Positions 32,625-42,676 of a DNA stretch of 64,000 nucleotides are shown one piece after another (position 1 is the stretch's first letter; each line of letters begins with the position of its first letter). The position numbers were made by a program, and so were the translations under genes. The notes below the pieces were generated by a model. That model ran no database searches. It saw only the letters and a program-made list of their open reading frames with translations, and was not told the DNA's origin. Source of the DNA: Burkholderiales bacterium (lineage in GTDB: Bacteria; Pseudomonadota; Gammaproteobacteria; Burkholderiales; SG8-39); contig DATGGA010000064.1 in the NCBI GenBank assembly GCA_035308765.1, positions 39,310-103,309 of the forward strand, read 5' to 3'.

Positions 32625-33332
32625 ATGCCCGCAACGGTACTCATCGTAGAAGACGAGCCGGCGATCCTCGAGCTGATCGCCGTCAACCTGGAACATGCCG
32701 GCTTCGAGACCTTGCGGGCGAAAAGCGGCGAGGAAGCCGTGCGCCTGCTCGGCGACGTCCTGCCCGACCTGGTGCTGCTGGACTGGATGCTGCCGGGGCA
32801 GTCGGGACTTGCACTGGCGCGGCGCCTGCGCGGCGACTCGCGCACCAGGGAAATGCCGCTGATATTTCTCACCGCGCGCGCCGACGAGCCCGACAAGCTC
32901 GCGGGCCTGGAGGCGGGCGCCGACGACTACATCACCAAGCCGTTTTCCACCAAGGAGCTGGTGGCGCGCATCCGCGCGGTGCTGCGCCGGAAAAAGCCCC
33001 AGCACGGCGAAATGCCGGTCGAGATCTCGGGACTGAGGCTCGACCCCGCTGCGCATCGCGTCACGGGCAACGGCCTGGTGTTGTCCTTCGGCCCGACCGA
33101 GTTCCGCCTGCTGCATTACTTGATGACGCACCCCAACCGCGTCTACTCGCGCACCCAGCTGCTGGACGAGGTCTGGGGCGACCACGTCTTCATCGAGGAA
33201 CGCACCGTGGATGTCCATATCCGCAGGCTGCGTCAGGGCCTCACGCCCAGCGGCCACGACGCGCTGATCGAGACCGTACGTGGCAGCGGCTATGCCTTGC
33301 GGGCCGAAGCGGCGGTCATGAGCCGCGGCTGA
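32625..33332 (+). CDS. phoB: phosphate regulon response regulator PhoB
   Basis: Receiver domain (VLIVEDE...DLVLLDWMLPG) plus an OmpR/PhoB winged-helix domain (RTVDVHIRRLR). ATG at 32625 follows agggagg. Confidence 0.9.
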   Translation: MPATVLIVEDEPAILELIAVNLEHAGFETLRAKSGEEAVRLLGDVLPDLVLLDWMLPGQSGLALARRLRGDSRTREMPLIFLTARADEPDKLAGLEAGADDYITKPFSTKELVARIRAVLRRKKPQHGEMPVEISGLRLDPAAHRVTGNGLVLSFGPTEFRLLHYLMTHPNRVYSRTQLLDEVWGDHVFIEERTVDVHIRRLRQGLTPSGHDALIETVRGSGYALRAEAAVMSRG

Positions 33333-33353
33333 CGGGCTCGCTGCGGGCGTGAC

Positions 33354-34592
33354 GTGAGCTGGCTCGAAATCGGTCTGGCACTGCTGGTGGCCGGTCTTGC
33401 GGCAGCGCTCTGGCTGAACCTGCGCGAATTCCGAAAATTGCGGCACTGGGCATCGCAGTCCAGGCTCAGCGACCCGCCGGAAGCCGCAGGCGCCTGGGGC
33501 GAAGTGTTCAATCTGCTGCACCGGCATCGGCGCGCCATGCTCAAGCGGAGGCGCGAACTTGCGCAGCTGATGGTCCGCTCGCGCCGCGGCGCGCAGGCGC
33601 TGCCCTACGGCGTCGCCGTGCTGGACGCCGACTATCGCCTCGACTGGTGCAACGACGCCGCGCGCGAACACCTGGGCGTGGACCCGGAGCGGGACCGCAA
33701 GCAGCCGGTCGTCAACATGGTGCGCGCACCCGAATTCGTCGAATACCTGCGCGCGGCGGATTTCTCCGAGCCGGTCCGGCTGGGCTCGCCGGGCGGCAGG
33801 CGCACGCTGTCGCTGCAGATCGTTTCCTTCGGCGACGAAGAACACCTGCTGCTGTCCCAGGACGTCACGGGTGCCGTGCAGGTAGAGGCGATGCGGCGCG
33901 ATTTCGTCGCCAACGTCTCGCACGAACTGCGCACGCCTCTTACGGTGCTGGCAGGATTCCTGGAGACCATCCAGGACCTGAAGCTGGACGCCTCGCGCGT
34001 GCGCGACTACGTCGGCCTGATGGCGCCCCAGGCCGAGCGCATGAAGCACCTGATAGACGACCTGCTCACGCTTTCCGCGCTGGAACATGCGCCGCCGCCG
34101 CCCGACGCCGAGCGCATCGCCCTGCGACCGCTGTTGCAGCGGGTGCGCGCCGAGGCCGAGGCACTGTCGAGCGGCAAGCATCGCATAATGCTGGAAGTGG
34201 CGGGCGAGCATGACCTGCTCGGCGCCGAGAGCGAGATCGCCAGCGCATTCGTCAACCTGGTGTCCAACGCGGTGCGCTACACGGCTGCCGGCGGGGAAAT
34301 CCGCCTGCTCTGGCATTCGACCGATGGCGGCGCGGAGTTCTCCGTAGAGGACACCGGTATCGGCATCGACCCAGAGCATCTGCCGCGCCTTACCGAGCGC
34401 TTCTACCGCGTGGACCGCGGCCGCTCGCGCGAGACCGGAGGCACCGGCCTAGGCTTGTCGATCGTGAAGCATGCGCTGGCGCGGCACCAGGGCACGCTGC
34501 TGATCGACAGCGCGCCGGGCAAGGGCAGCCGCTTCACCGCGCGCTTCCCGGCAGCGCGGCTTGGCCCGGTGGCGCAAAAAATCCCGGGCTGA
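33354..34592 (+). CDS. phoR: phosphate regulon sensor histidine kinase PhoR
   Basis: GTG start. N-terminal TM helix, PAS-like region, H-box FVANVSHELRTPL, and ATPase N/G boxes. Confidence 0.87.
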   Translation: MSWLEIGLALLVAGLAAALWLNLREFRKLRHWASQSRLSDPPEAAGAWGEVFNLLHRHRRAMLKRRRELAQLMVRSRRGAQALPYGVAVLDADYRLDWCNDAAREHLGVDPERDRKQPVVNMVRAPEFVEYLRAADFSEPVRLGSPGGRRTLSLQIVSFGDEEHLLLSQDVTGAVQVEAMRRDFVANVSHELRTPLTVLAGFLETIQDLKLDASRVRDYVGLMAPQAERMKHLIDDLLTLSALEHAPPPPDAERIALRPLLQRVRAEAEALSSGKHRIMLEVAGEHDLLGAESEIASAFVNLVSNAVRYTAAGGEIRLLWHSTDGGAEFSVEDTGIGIDPEHLPRLTERFYRVDRGRSRETGGTGLGLSIVKHALARHQGTLLIDSAPGKGSRFTARFPAARLGPVAQKIPG

Positions 34593-34594
34593 CC

Positions 34595-35047
34595 ATGGAT
34601 CTCATTCTCTGGCGTCACGCTGACGCGGAACCCGGCAGCCGCGATCTCGAGCGCAAGCTCACCGCCAGGGGCCGCAAGCAGGCCGAAAGGATGGCCAAGT
34701 GGCTGGTCGCGCGGCTGCCGGGCCGCTATACGGTGCTGGTGAGTCCCGCGCGCCGCGCGCGCGAGACCGCCGATGCGCTGGCCATTCGCTACAGGATCGT
34801 CGAGCGGCTTGCGCCCGGCGCGGCGCCGGGAGACATTTTGAAGGACGCCGGCTGGCCGTCGCACAAGGGCGCGGTGGTTGTCGTCAGCCACCAGCCGGAC
34901 CTGGGCCAGGTCGCGGCGCTGCTCGCTTCCGGCAGCGTGGCCGACTGGTCGGTGAAAAAGGGCGGCCTGTGGTGGCTGAGCAACCGCGAGCGCGGCGGCA
35001 AGATCCAGGTGGTGGTGCGCGCAGTGCTCGCGCCCGACCTGATCTAG
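34595..35047 (+). CDS. sixA: SixA-type phosphohistidine phosphatase
   Basis: 150 aa histidine-phosphatase fold (LILWRHADAE...VSPARRARETA). Confidence 0.7.
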   Translation: MDLILWRHADAEPGSRDLERKLTARGRKQAERMAKWLVARLPGRYTVLVSPARRARETADALAIRYRIVERLAPGAAPGDILKDAGWPSHKGAVVVVSHQPDLGQVAALLASGSVADWSVKKGGLWWLSNRERGGKIQVVVRAVLAPDLI

Positions 35048-35054
35048 CTGCGGC

Positions 35055-36566
35055 TCAGTTTCGCAACTGCGCGACCTTCTTTTCCGACAGGCTGTTGATC
35101 GAGAAGCGCAGGTCCACCGCCTCCCAGTTGTCGGTCTCGGTTTCTAGCGCGGCCGCGGCCAGCGGATTCTCTTCCAGCCAGGCCTGCGGCAGGTCGATGC
35201 TGTAGCCGGTCTTGTCGCCGGCCACGCGCAGCATCGGAAAGCGCGCATCGGTGCGGTTGCGCAGCACCAGCGCTGCGATGCGCAACGCGAATACCAGCGC
35301 CCAGTCGCTGCTTTCCAGCCCCGCATCCTGCATCTTGCCGAGCTTGCCGCGGTGCGCGAGAACTATCCGGGCCAGGCGCTGCTGTTCCATGCGCGAGAAG
35401 CCGGGCATGTCGGCGTTGGACAGGATATAGGCCGAATGCTTGTGGTACTGCGCATGCGCGACCGACAAGCCGATCTCGGCCAGGCGCGCCGCCCAGTCGA
35501 GCAGCAGGCGGTCGGTGCCGGGCTCGTCTTCCTCCGCATGGAGCTGATCGAAAATCTTCAGCGCCAGCGCACGCACGCGCTCGGCCTGCGCTGCATCGGC
35601 GTGATAGCGGCGCACGAATTGCGACACCGTCGCTTCCCGCATGTCGCGGTGCTGCACGCGTCCGAGCAGGTCGTAGAGCACGCCGTGCCGCAGTGCCCCG
35701 TCGGAGACCGCCATGCGTTCGATGCCGAGCTCACGGAAAGCGGCAAGCATGATCGCCAGGCCGCCGGGAATCACCGCCGCCCGGTCCTTGCGCAGCCCGG
35801 CGATGCGGTCGGGGTCGGCGCGTTCGTGCTTGAGCAGCAGGTCCTTCAGTTCCTCCAGTCCCTCTAGGGTGATCCCATCCTCGCTGTAGCCGTTTTCGCG
35901 CAGGATCGTCTCCAGCGCGCGCGCGGTGCCCGAGGAGCCGACCGCTTCCTGCCAGCCGGTGTTGCGGTATTCGCCCGCCATGCCGGCAAGTTCCTGGCGC
36001 GCGGCGAGTTCGGCCTTCTTGAAGCGCGATTTCTCGATCCGGCCCTCCGGAAAATATGCCAGGCTGTAGCTGACGCAGCCCATGTACAGGCTCTCGGTCA
36101 GCAGCGGATCGAGGCCCCTGCCGACGATGAATTCGGTCGAGCCGCCGCCGATGTCCACCACCAGCCGGTTGTGGGCGGCCGGCGGCATCGAATGCGCGAC
36201 GCCGAGGTAGATAAGACGCGCCTCCTCGCGGCCGGCGATCACCTCGATCGGGAAACCGAGCGCGGTGCGCGCCTCGCGCAGGAACTGCGGTGCGTTCTTC
36301 GCCACGCGCAGCGTGTTGGTGCCGACCGCGCGCACCGCCCCGCGCGGCAGGCCGCGCAGGCGCTCGCCGATGCGCTGCAGCGCTTCCAGCGCGCGCGCCT
36401 GCGTCGCGCGGTCGATGCGCTTTTCCGAAGTCAGGCCGGCGCCCAGCCGCACTACTTCACGCAAGGAGTCGAGCGGGTAAATCTGCCGGTCGACGACCCG
36501 GCCTACCTGGAGATGGAAGCTGTTGGAGCCAAGATCGATCGCGGCGAGGATATCCGGACGGGGCAT
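35055..36566 (-). CDS. ppx: exopolyphosphatase (Ppx/GppA family)
   Basis: 503 aa. N-terminal AAIDLGSNSFHL and DIGGGSTE actin-like ATPase motifs, plus a C-terminal HD-like domain. Confidence 0.87.
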   Translation of the reverse strand: MPRPDILAAIDLGSNSFHLQVGRVVDRQIYPLDSLREVVRLGAGLTSEKRIDRATQARALEALQRIGERLRGLPRGAVRAVGTNTLRVAKNAPQFLREARTALGFPIEVIAGREEARLIYLGVAHSMPPAAHNRLVVDIGGGSTEFIVGRGLDPLLTESLYMGCVSYSLAYFPEGRIEKSRFKKAELAARQELAGMAGEYRNTGWQEAVGSSGTARALETILRENGYSEDGITLEGLEELKDLLLKHERADPDRIAGLRKDRAAVIPGGLAIMLAAFRELGIERMAVSDGALRHGVLYDLLGRVQHRDMREATVSQFVRRYHADAAQAERVRALALKIFDQLHAEEDEPGTDRLLLDWAARLAEIGLSVAHAQYHKHSAYILSNADMPGFSRMEQQRLARIVLAHRGKLGKMQDAGLESSDWALVFALRIAALVLRNRTDARFPMLRVAGDKTGYSIDLPQAWLEENPLAAAALETETDNWEAVDLRFSINSLSEKKVAQLRN

Positions 36567-36620
36567 CGCGGAGGAAAGCTTACACCCTGTGGATAACTCG
36601 GCAAATTACGGATTTGTGCG

Positions 36621-36654
36621 GTTTCACACCATTGCAACATTTGTCGTGTAGGCT
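36621..36654 (+). promoter_or_regulatory. Pho box plus -10 of ppk promoter
   Basis: GTTTCAC-acca-TTGCAAC (36621-36638), 10 nt, then TAGGCT (36649-36654). Same -10 hexamer as pstS. Confidence 0.55.
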
Positions 36655-36692
36655 ACTCTACTAAGAGGTCGCAATCCCCCTGCGGTTCCCAG

Positions 36693-38777
36693 ATGGTTAA
36701 GAAGAATCTTCAGCCGTCCCATTTTCTCAATCGGGAACTCGGCCTGCTCGAGTTCAACCGCCGCGTACTGGCGCAGGCGGCCGACGACTCGGTGCCGATT
36801 CTCGAGCGGCTGCGCTTCCTCACCATCGTGTCCTCCAATCTGGACGAGTTCTTCGAGATCCGGGTCGCCGGGCTGAAGGAGCAGATCAAGGCGGGCATCA
36901 AGGAGTCCGGCCCCGACGGCCGCAGTCCGGCTGAAGTCTACGAGCTGGTGTCGGCACAGGCGCGCGCGCTGGTCGGCGAGCAGTACCGGCTGCTGAACAG
37001 CGTGCTGTTGCCGGCGCTCGTGAAGCAGGGCGTGATCTTCCCGCGCCGCGAGGACTGGACCGAGGCGCAGCGCACCTGGATCCGCGACTACTTCATGCGC
37101 GAGCTGCTGCCGGTGCTTACGCCGATCGGCCTCGACCCGGCGCACCCGTTTCCGCGCGTGCTGAACAAGTCGCTCAACCTCGCCATCGAGCTGGAAGGCC
37201 GCGATTCCTTCGGCCGCAAGTCGCGCGACGCCATCGTGCAGGCGCCGCGCGCGCTGCCGCGCGTCATCCGCTTGCCGGCCGACGTCGCGGGCGCGGAGTA
37301 CGCGTTCGTGTTCCTGTCCTCGATCCTGCACGCGCACGTGGACGAGCTGTTCTCCGGCATGGAGGTCAAGGGCTGCCACCAGTTCCGAGTCACGCGAAAT
37401 TCGGACCTGTTCGTGGACGAGGAAGAAATCAAGAACATGCGCATCGCCATCCAGGGCGAACTGCTGCAGCGCCACTTCGGCGACGCGGTCCGGCTGGAAG
37501 TCGCCGACAGCTGCTCGCAGCAGACCGTGGATTTCCTGCTGCAGCAATTCGGCCTGTCGGAGTCCGACCTCTACCGCGTCGACGGCCCGGTTAACCTGTA
37601 CCGCCTGCGCGAGGTGACCGACCGCGTCGACCGGCCCGACCTGAAGTACCCGGTGTTCCAGCCGGCGCCGCCGCCGGCGCTGGTGGGCCACAAGGACATC
37701 TACGCAGTGCTGAAGAAGCAGGACGTGCTGCTGCACCATCCCTACGAATCCTTCACCCCGGTGATCGATTTCATCCGCACCTCGGTCACCGACCCGCGCG
37801 TGATCGCGATCAAGCAGACCGTCTACCGCACCGGCACCGACTCCGAGCTGATGGACATCCTCATCGAGGCGGCGCGCAAGGGCAAGGAAGTCACCGTCGT
37901 GGTGGAACTGATGGCGCGCTTCGACGAGGAGGCGAACATCAACTGGGCCTCGCGCCTGGAGGAAGCCGGCGCGCACGTCGTCTACGGCGTCGTCGGCCAC
38001 AAGACCCACGCCAAGATGGCGCTGGTGGTGCGGCGCGAGGACGGCCCGCAGGGCAGCGTCCTCAGGCGTTACGCGCACCTGGCCACCGGCAACTACCACC
38101 CGCGCACCGCGCGCCAGTACACCGATTTCGGGCTGCTCACCGCGAGGGAGGAAATCTGCTCGGACGTGAATGAAGTATTCAAGCAGCTGACGGGCCTCGG
38201 GCGCTCGAGCCGCATGAAGCACCTGTGGCTGTCGCCCTTCACGCTGCACAAGCGCGTGGTCGCGGCGGTGAGGAACGAGGTGCGCCTGGCCAAGGAAGGC
38301 AAGCCGGCGCGCATCATAGCGAAGATGAATGCGCTGCTGGAGCCCGACCTGATCGAGGAGCTGTATACGGCCTCGCAGGCGGGGGTGCAGATCGACCTCA
38401 TCGTGCGCGGCGTCTGCGCGCTGCGCCCGGGTGTCGCCGGGTTGTCGGAGAACATCCGCGTGCGCTCCGTGGTCGGGCGCTTCCTCGAGCACACGCGCAT
38501 CTGCTATTTCCAGAACGAAGGCGCCGAAGATGTGTATCTTTCCAGCGCCGACTGGATGGACCGCAATTTCTTCCGCCGCATCGAATTGGGTTTCCCGGTG
38601 CTCGATCCGGCTCTTAAGCAGCGCGTCATCAATGAGGGCCTGCGGGCTTACCTCGATGACACGAGCCAGGTCTGGACCATGACGTCGGATGGCGCCTATG
38701 AGGCGCCGGCGCCACGCCGCGGCAAGCCGCGCGTGGTGCAGGAAGAACTGCTGCGCTCGCTGGCCCACACGGCCTGA
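36693..38777 (+). CDS. ppk: polyphosphate kinase 1
   Basis: 694 aa with N-terminal NRELGLLEFNRRVL. Full-length similarity to the PPK1 pattern, including the phosphohistidine region and two PLD-like C-terminal domains. Confidence 0.95.
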   Translation: MVKKNLQPSHFLNRELGLLEFNRRVLAQAADDSVPILERLRFLTIVSSNLDEFFEIRVAGLKEQIKAGIKESGPDGRSPAEVYELVSAQARALVGEQYRLLNSVLLPALVKQGVIFPRREDWTEAQRTWIRDYFMRELLPVLTPIGLDPAHPFPRVLNKSLNLAIELEGRDSFGRKSRDAIVQAPRALPRVIRLPADVAGAEYAFVFLSSILHAHVDELFSGMEVKGCHQFRVTRNSDLFVDEEEIKNMRIAIQGELLQRHFGDAVRLEVADSCSQQTVDFLLQQFGLSESDLYRVDGPVNLYRLREVTDRVDRPDLKYPVFQPAPPPALVGHKDIYAVLKKQDVLLHHPYESFTPVIDFIRTSVTDPRVIAIKQTVYRTGTDSELMDILIEAARKGKEVTVVVELMARFDEEANINWASRLEEAGAHVVYGVVGHKTHAKMALVVRREDGPQGSVLRRYAHLATGNYHPRTARQYTDFGLLTAREEICSDVNEVFKQLTGLGRSSRMKHLWLSPFTLHKRVVAAVRNEVRLAKEGKPARIIAKMNALLEPDLIEELYTASQAGVQIDLIVRGVCALRPGVAGLSENIRVRSVVGRFLEHTRICYFQNEGAEDVYLSSADWMDRNFFRRIELGFPVLDPALKQRVINEGLRAYLDDTSQVWTMTSDGAYEAPAPRRGKPRVVQEELLRSLAHTA

Positions 38778-38842
38778 TCGGCCGTTGCGCGGCGCTTCGC
38801 TGAGGAAATCGCGCGCGCGGCGCGTGCTACATTCGGCGCCGC

Positions 38843-39208
38843 ATGGAAAGTCCCTACAAGGGCAAGACCGGATTGCGCCGGCTGCTGAACGCTGCCGGCT
38901 ATTCGTTCTCCGGGCTGGCAGCGGCGGCCCGCCACGAGGATGCCTTTCGCCAGGAGCTGATTCTCTCCGCGGTCATGGTGCCGCTTGGCCTCTGGCTGGG
39001 CCAGAGCGGCGTCGAGCGCGCCATGCTGGTGGGCAGCGTGCTGCTGGTGCTGATCGTCGAACTGCTCAATTCCGCCGTGGAGGCGACCGTGGACCGCGTG
39101 TCGCTCGACGACCACAGCCTGGCCAAGCGCGCCAAGGACATCGGCAGCGCCGCGGTGATGCTCGCGCTCGCCAACGTCGCAGTGATCTGGCTCCTGATCC
39201 TGGTTTAA
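38843..39208 (+). CDS. dgkA: diacylglycerol kinase
   Basis: 121 aa, three TM helices. Motifs GYSFSGL...E.AFRQE and VELLNSA.E. Its stop codon lies inside the first heptamer of the downstream Pho-box array. Confidence 0.85.
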   Translation: MESPYKGKTGLRRLLNAAGYSFSGLAAAARHEDAFRQELILSAVMVPLGLWLGQSGVERAMLVGSVLLVLIVELLNSAVEATVDRVSLDDHSLAKRAKDIGSAAVMLALANVAVIWLLILV

Positions 39209-39258
39209 CCGGGCTGTAACCGATCCGTCATCGAAGTTTCATGCGGGCAGGGCATCGT
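39203..39258 (+). promoter_or_regulatory. tandem Pho boxes (4 phased heptamers) plus -10 upstream of GT4 glycosyltransferase A
   Basis: GTTTAAC-cggg-CTGTAAC-cgat-CCGTCAT-cgaa-GTTTCAT (39203-39242, strict 11-bp register), 10 nt, then CATCGT (39253-39258). Confidence 0.6.
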
Positions 39259-39279
39259 CCTGTCCGCATGGAACAGCGA

Positions 39280-40446
39280 ATGCGGATCGCGATGGTGAGC
39301 GAGACCTACCCGCCCGAGGTGAACGGCGTCGCGCGCACGGTCGCCCTGATGGCGGAAGGATTGCACGCCCTCGGCCACGAAATACAGCTGGTGCGGCCGC
39401 GACAGGGGCCGGCGGAGCGTGCGCTCGACGAGCCGCGGTTCCGCGAGCTGCTGCGTCCGGGAATCCGCATTCCGCGCTACCCGCAGTTGCGCATGGGGCT
39501 GCCCTCCAGGGGTGCGCTGCTGCAGGCCTGGAAGAAGGCGCGGCCAGAGGTGGTGCACATCGCCACCGAGGGGCCACTCGGCTCATCGGCGCTGTCCGCG
39601 GCGCGCGCGCTGGCGATCCCGGTCGCGACTGATTTTCATACCAACTTTCACGCCTACAGCGGCCATTACGGTTTTCCGTGGCTCGAACGCGCGGTCGCGG
39701 CGTACCTGCGCCGCTTCCACAACCGGGCCGACTGCACCATGGTGCCGACGGACGAGATGGCGCAGGACCTGGCGCGGCTCGGCTTCGAAAAGCTGCGCGT
39801 GGTAGGGCGTGGCGTGAATTCCGCGGTGTTTTCTCCCGCCAAGCGCCGCGCTGAACTGCGCGCCGAATGGGGGGCTGACGACGACACGCCGGTGGCGCTG
39901 TGCGTCAGCCGCTTCGCGCCGGAAAAGAATTTCCCACTGGTGCTGGACGCCTACCGCGCGATGCGCGCCGTGCGACCCGAAACGCGCCTGGTGCTGGTCG
40001 GCGACGGCCCGATGACCGAAGAACTGAAACGCGAGCACCTGGGCTGCGTGGTCGCCGGGCGCCTGGTCAACGGCGAGTTGTCGGCCCATTACGCCTCGGC
40101 CGACATTTTTCTTTTTCCCAGCACTAGCGAGACCTTCGGCAATGTCACGATGGAGGCGATGGCGAGCGGCCTCGCAGTCGTGGCCTACGACTACGCGGCG
40201 GCCCGCCAGCACATCGTGCACGGCCGCTCGGGGCTGCTGGCGCGGGTCGACGACCGCATCAGCTTCATCGAGCACGCAGCGGCGCTGGCGCGCGATCTGC
40301 CCCGTGCCCGGACGCTCGGACGCCAGGCGCGCGCCACCGCCGAACCGCTGGGCTGGGACAGGGTAGTGGCCGATTTCGCGTCAGTGCTGGCCGATACTAT
40401 GACTGCGCCGGGATCCGCAATGCGAGAGAGCCATGCCGCGGCTTGA
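39280..40446 (+). CDS. GT4-family (GT-B fold) glycosyltransferase A, Agt/DAG-glycosyltransferase-like
   Basis: N-terminal MRIAMVSETYPPEVNGVA, C-terminal EX7E motif (ETFGNVTMEAMASG). The ATG at 39241 is rejected because it lies inside the Pho box; the ATG at 39268 is also possible. Paralogue of 45142..46407. Confidence 0.8.
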   Translation: MRIAMVSETYPPEVNGVARTVALMAEGLHALGHEIQLVRPRQGPAERALDEPRFRELLRPGIRIPRYPQLRMGLPSRGALLQAWKKARPEVVHIATEGPLGSSALSAARALAIPVATDFHTNFHAYSGHYGFPWLERAVAAYLRRFHNRADCTMVPTDEMAQDLARLGFEKLRVVGRGVNSAVFSPAKRRAELRAEWGADDDTPVALCVSRFAPEKNFPLVLDAYRAMRAVRPETRLVLVGDGPMTEELKREHLGCVVAGRLVNGELSAHYASADIFLFPSTSETFGNVTMEAMASGLAVVAYDYAAARQHIVHGRSGLLARVDDRISFIEHAAALARDLPRARTLGRQARATAEPLGWDRVVADFASVLADTMTAPGSAMRESHAAA

Positions 40447-40966
40447 CGTCAGCCTGGAAATGATCCAGCGCTGGGACGAGCGCACTTGCGCGAAATTCAA
40501 CCGCGCGATCCGGGTGCGCGCGCTGCTGCAACTGTTCCGCGCCGTGAGCTGGGTGGGGAACGGCATCTTCTGGTACGCGCTGATGCTTGGCCTGCTGCTC
40601 ACCTATGGCGCGGACGCGGCGCTGCCGGTCCTCCATATGGTCGGCGTCGGCCTGCTCTGCACGCTCCTGTACCGCCTGCTGAAGAAAGGAACTCTGCGCC
40701 CGCGGCCGTTCGAAGTGCACGCGCACATTGCGGCCGGCACGGTGCCGCTCGACCGGTTCAGTTTCCCATCCGGGCATACGCTGCATGCGGCGGCGTTCAC
40801 GCTCATCGCGACGGCGTATTTTCCGGAGCTCGCGCTGCTGCTGGTCCCGGTCACGCTTGCAGTAGCCGCTTCGCGCGTCGTTCTCGGCCTGCACTACCCG
40901 AGCGATGTGCTGGCGGGCGCCGCGATCGGCGCCGCGGTCGCATTTAGTTCTCTCGGCCTCGCTTAG
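40433..40966 (+). CDS. PAP2-family lipid phosphatase
   Basis: All three acid-phosphatase motifs are present: KKGTLRPRP, PSGH, SRVVLGLHYPSD. Polytopic. Start overlaps the GT4-A stop by 14 nt (same operon). Confidence 0.8.
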   Translation: MPRLDVSLEMIQRWDERTCAKFNRAIRVRALLQLFRAVSWVGNGIFWYALMLGLLLTYGADAALPVLHMVGVGLLCTLLYRLLKKGTLRPRPFEVHAHIAAGTVPLDRFSFPSGHTLHAAAFTLIATAYFPELALLLVPVTLAVAASRVVLGLHYPSDVLAGAAIGAAVAFSSLGLA

Positions 40967-41784
40967 GCATCTCGCGCACGGCGTTCCGGCACCGGCGCGT
41001 GAATGAGCGCGATGCTGAGCCACACCGCGACGCTGAAATACAGCGACATCCACGCCACTTCGCTATGCCAGTCCTGCCAGCGGCGGGCAACGATCCAGCG
41101 GTCCGAGACGTCCAGCAGGCCCTGGGCGACGCTCAGGTAGTGGCGCCCGCTCGCCTCGTCTGCCAGCCAGCGCGCCCAGTACATCGGCACGTCGACCAGG
41201 AACATGAAGGCGACGTAGGCGATGCCCGCCGCGCACCAGGCGGCCAGCAGCGGCCGCAGCGAGGCGTTGCAGCGCGGCCAGATCCAGAGCAGGCTCGTGA
41301 CCAGCAGCCCTGCGCTCAGGGCCCAAATCGGTTCTTCGAGCACGTGCCCGAGGTTCGACGTGGTGAGCACCGAGTACCACGAGCAGATCTCCGCGACCGC
41401 GATGAGCGGGACCACCACCACCGAGGTGACCCTGCCGGCGCCGCTGCCCGTGGCGCGCGAAATTTCCCGCAGCAGCAGCGCCCACTGCGCGGCGAAGCAC
41501 AATTCGGCGAAAGTCGCCACGGAGCGTCCGACGATGACGCTGGAGAGCCAGGTGTCGAACAGGCAGAAGCGCTGTATGTCATAGACCGGCAGCGCCGAGC
41601 GGTAAGCGCAGCCGAGCACGTAGCCCGCCGACAGGAGAAGCTGCGCGCGGCGCAGGTAGTAGGCTTCAGGCGACAGGGTTGCCTGGCGCCGCTCGAGCGC
41701 GGCGGCCGACAGCGCCCATGCAAGGATGTTGAACCCCGCGACGGAGCAGAGGAAAAACCACCACCAGAAAACGTCTGCTGACAT
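40963..41784 (-). CDS. polytopic membrane protein, unknown function
   Basis: 273 aa, about 7-8 hydrophobic segments, Trp-rich. No family recognised by eye. Lies 49 nt downstream of the PSD-like gene on the same strand. Confidence 0.5.
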   Translation of the reverse strand: MSADVFWWWFFLCSVAGFNILAWALSAAALERRQATLSPEAYYLRRAQLLLSAGYVLGCAYRSALPVYDIQRFCLFDTWLSSVIVGRSVATFAELCFAAQWALLLREISRATGSGAGRVTSVVVVPLIAVAEICSWYSVLTTSNLGHVLEEPIWALSAGLLVTSLLWIWPRCNASLRPLLAAWCAAGIAYVAFMFLVDVPMYWARWLADEASGRHYLSVAQGLLDVSDRWIVARRWQDWHSEVAWMSLYFSVAVWLSIALIHAPVPERRARDA

Positions 41785-41833
41785 GAACCTGCAATGTTCG
41801 CATGCTAGGCCCGTGCCGGCTGTTACGGTTTTC

Positions 41834-42676
41834 TTAAGGTTCGGGCAGGCGCATCAGCGGCTCGCCCATGCGGATGAGCGAACCTGCCGTCACATTTCCG
41901 CAAAGTGCGAAGCCGCGCGGCGCGAACACGAGAATCGTCGAGCCATGCTGGAACCAGCCCATTTCCTCGCCCTTGGCGAAGCGCGCATCGCAATGGATCA
42001 CGTTCGGACCGCGATAGCGCAGGTGCAGCAGCACGTCGAGAAAATGCAGGCGGATGCTCGCGACGAGAACCGCGGCCACCGGGACCAGCAGGATTTCGTG
42101 TCCGCCCGCCTCGAGCCTGGTGCGCAACAGGGCGCGCTCGTTCTTGCAGAACAGTTTCTCGACGCGCCGCAGCGCGATCGGGTTCACGTTCCAGGTATCG
42201 CCCGAGAAGTAGGTTACCTGCCCGATCCGGCAGTCGTGCGGCGCGTGGAAGCGGTGGTACATGCTCGAAGTGATCCGCAGCGTGGCGTAGGTCGCGTCGC
42301 GGAAATCGTCCGCGAGCGTGGCGCTGCCGACCAGGTCCAGTATCGTGTAGGGGAAGCCCTTCGCCTGGATCAACTGGCCGTCCTCGACCCGCCCGCAGGC
42401 GCCGACGATCGCGTCGCAGGGACTGGCCAGCAGCGCCGGATCGGGATCCACCGGCCGCGCGCCGTGCTTCAGCTCGCGGATGAAGCAGTCGTGCAGGCTG
42501 CGAAAGCTGGCCTGCTTCGCTTCATCGAGGCGCAGGTCCGCGAACAGCCGCCAGGCCGCGAGCGACAGATCGCGCACCAGCGGCAGTTCGAGCTGGCTGA
42601 ACCAACCCATGAAGCGCGTAAACGCGTGCCGGGGAATGCGGTTGGTGATGAGGAAATTGAGGTCTTCCGTCACCAT
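41834..42676 (-). CDS. phosphatidylserine decarboxylase-family (pyruvoyl-dependent) proenzyme
   Basis: 280 aa with the self-cleavage motif GST in WFQHGSTILVF. N-terminal LITNRIPR. YHRFHAP motif. Confidence 0.8.
   Translation of the reverse strand: MVTEDLNFLITNRIPRHAFTRFMGWFSQLELPLVRDLSLAAWRLFADLRLDEAKQASFRSLHDCFIRELKHGARPVDPDPALLASPCDAIVGACGRVEDGQLIQAKGFPYTILDLVGSATLADDFRDATYATLRITSSMYHRFHAPHDCRIGQVTYFSGDTWNVNPIALRRVEKLFCKNERALLRTRLEAGGHEILLVPVAAVLVASIRLHFLDVLLHLRYRGPNVIHCDARFAKGEEMGWFQHGSTILVFAPRGFALCGNVTAGSLIRMGEPLMRLPEP

Noticed and set aside
32532-34379. 615-aa minus-strand ORF antisense to phoB and phoR
   Set aside because: Shadow ORF opposite the receiver, winged-helix and histidine-kinase motifs.
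36567-36620. Possible minus-strand Pho box for ppx (CCGTAAT-ttgc-CGAGTTA..TAAGCT)
   Set aside because: The second heptamer is poor. The -10 candidate would sit only 10 nt from the ATG. Not reported as a feature.
36624-38768. 714-aa minus-strand ORF antisense to ppk
   Set aside because: ppk is unambiguous on the plus strand. The antisense product is low complexity.
39241-39279. Upstream ATG (MRAGHRPVRMEQR...) as the start of GT4-A
   Set aside because: This ATG lies inside the fourth Pho-box heptamer and upstream of the predicted -10, so it would not be on the transcript if the promoter model is right. The conserved GT4 N-terminus begins at MRIAMVSETYPP (39280). GT4-B has a similar MRAG start, which keeps some doubt open.
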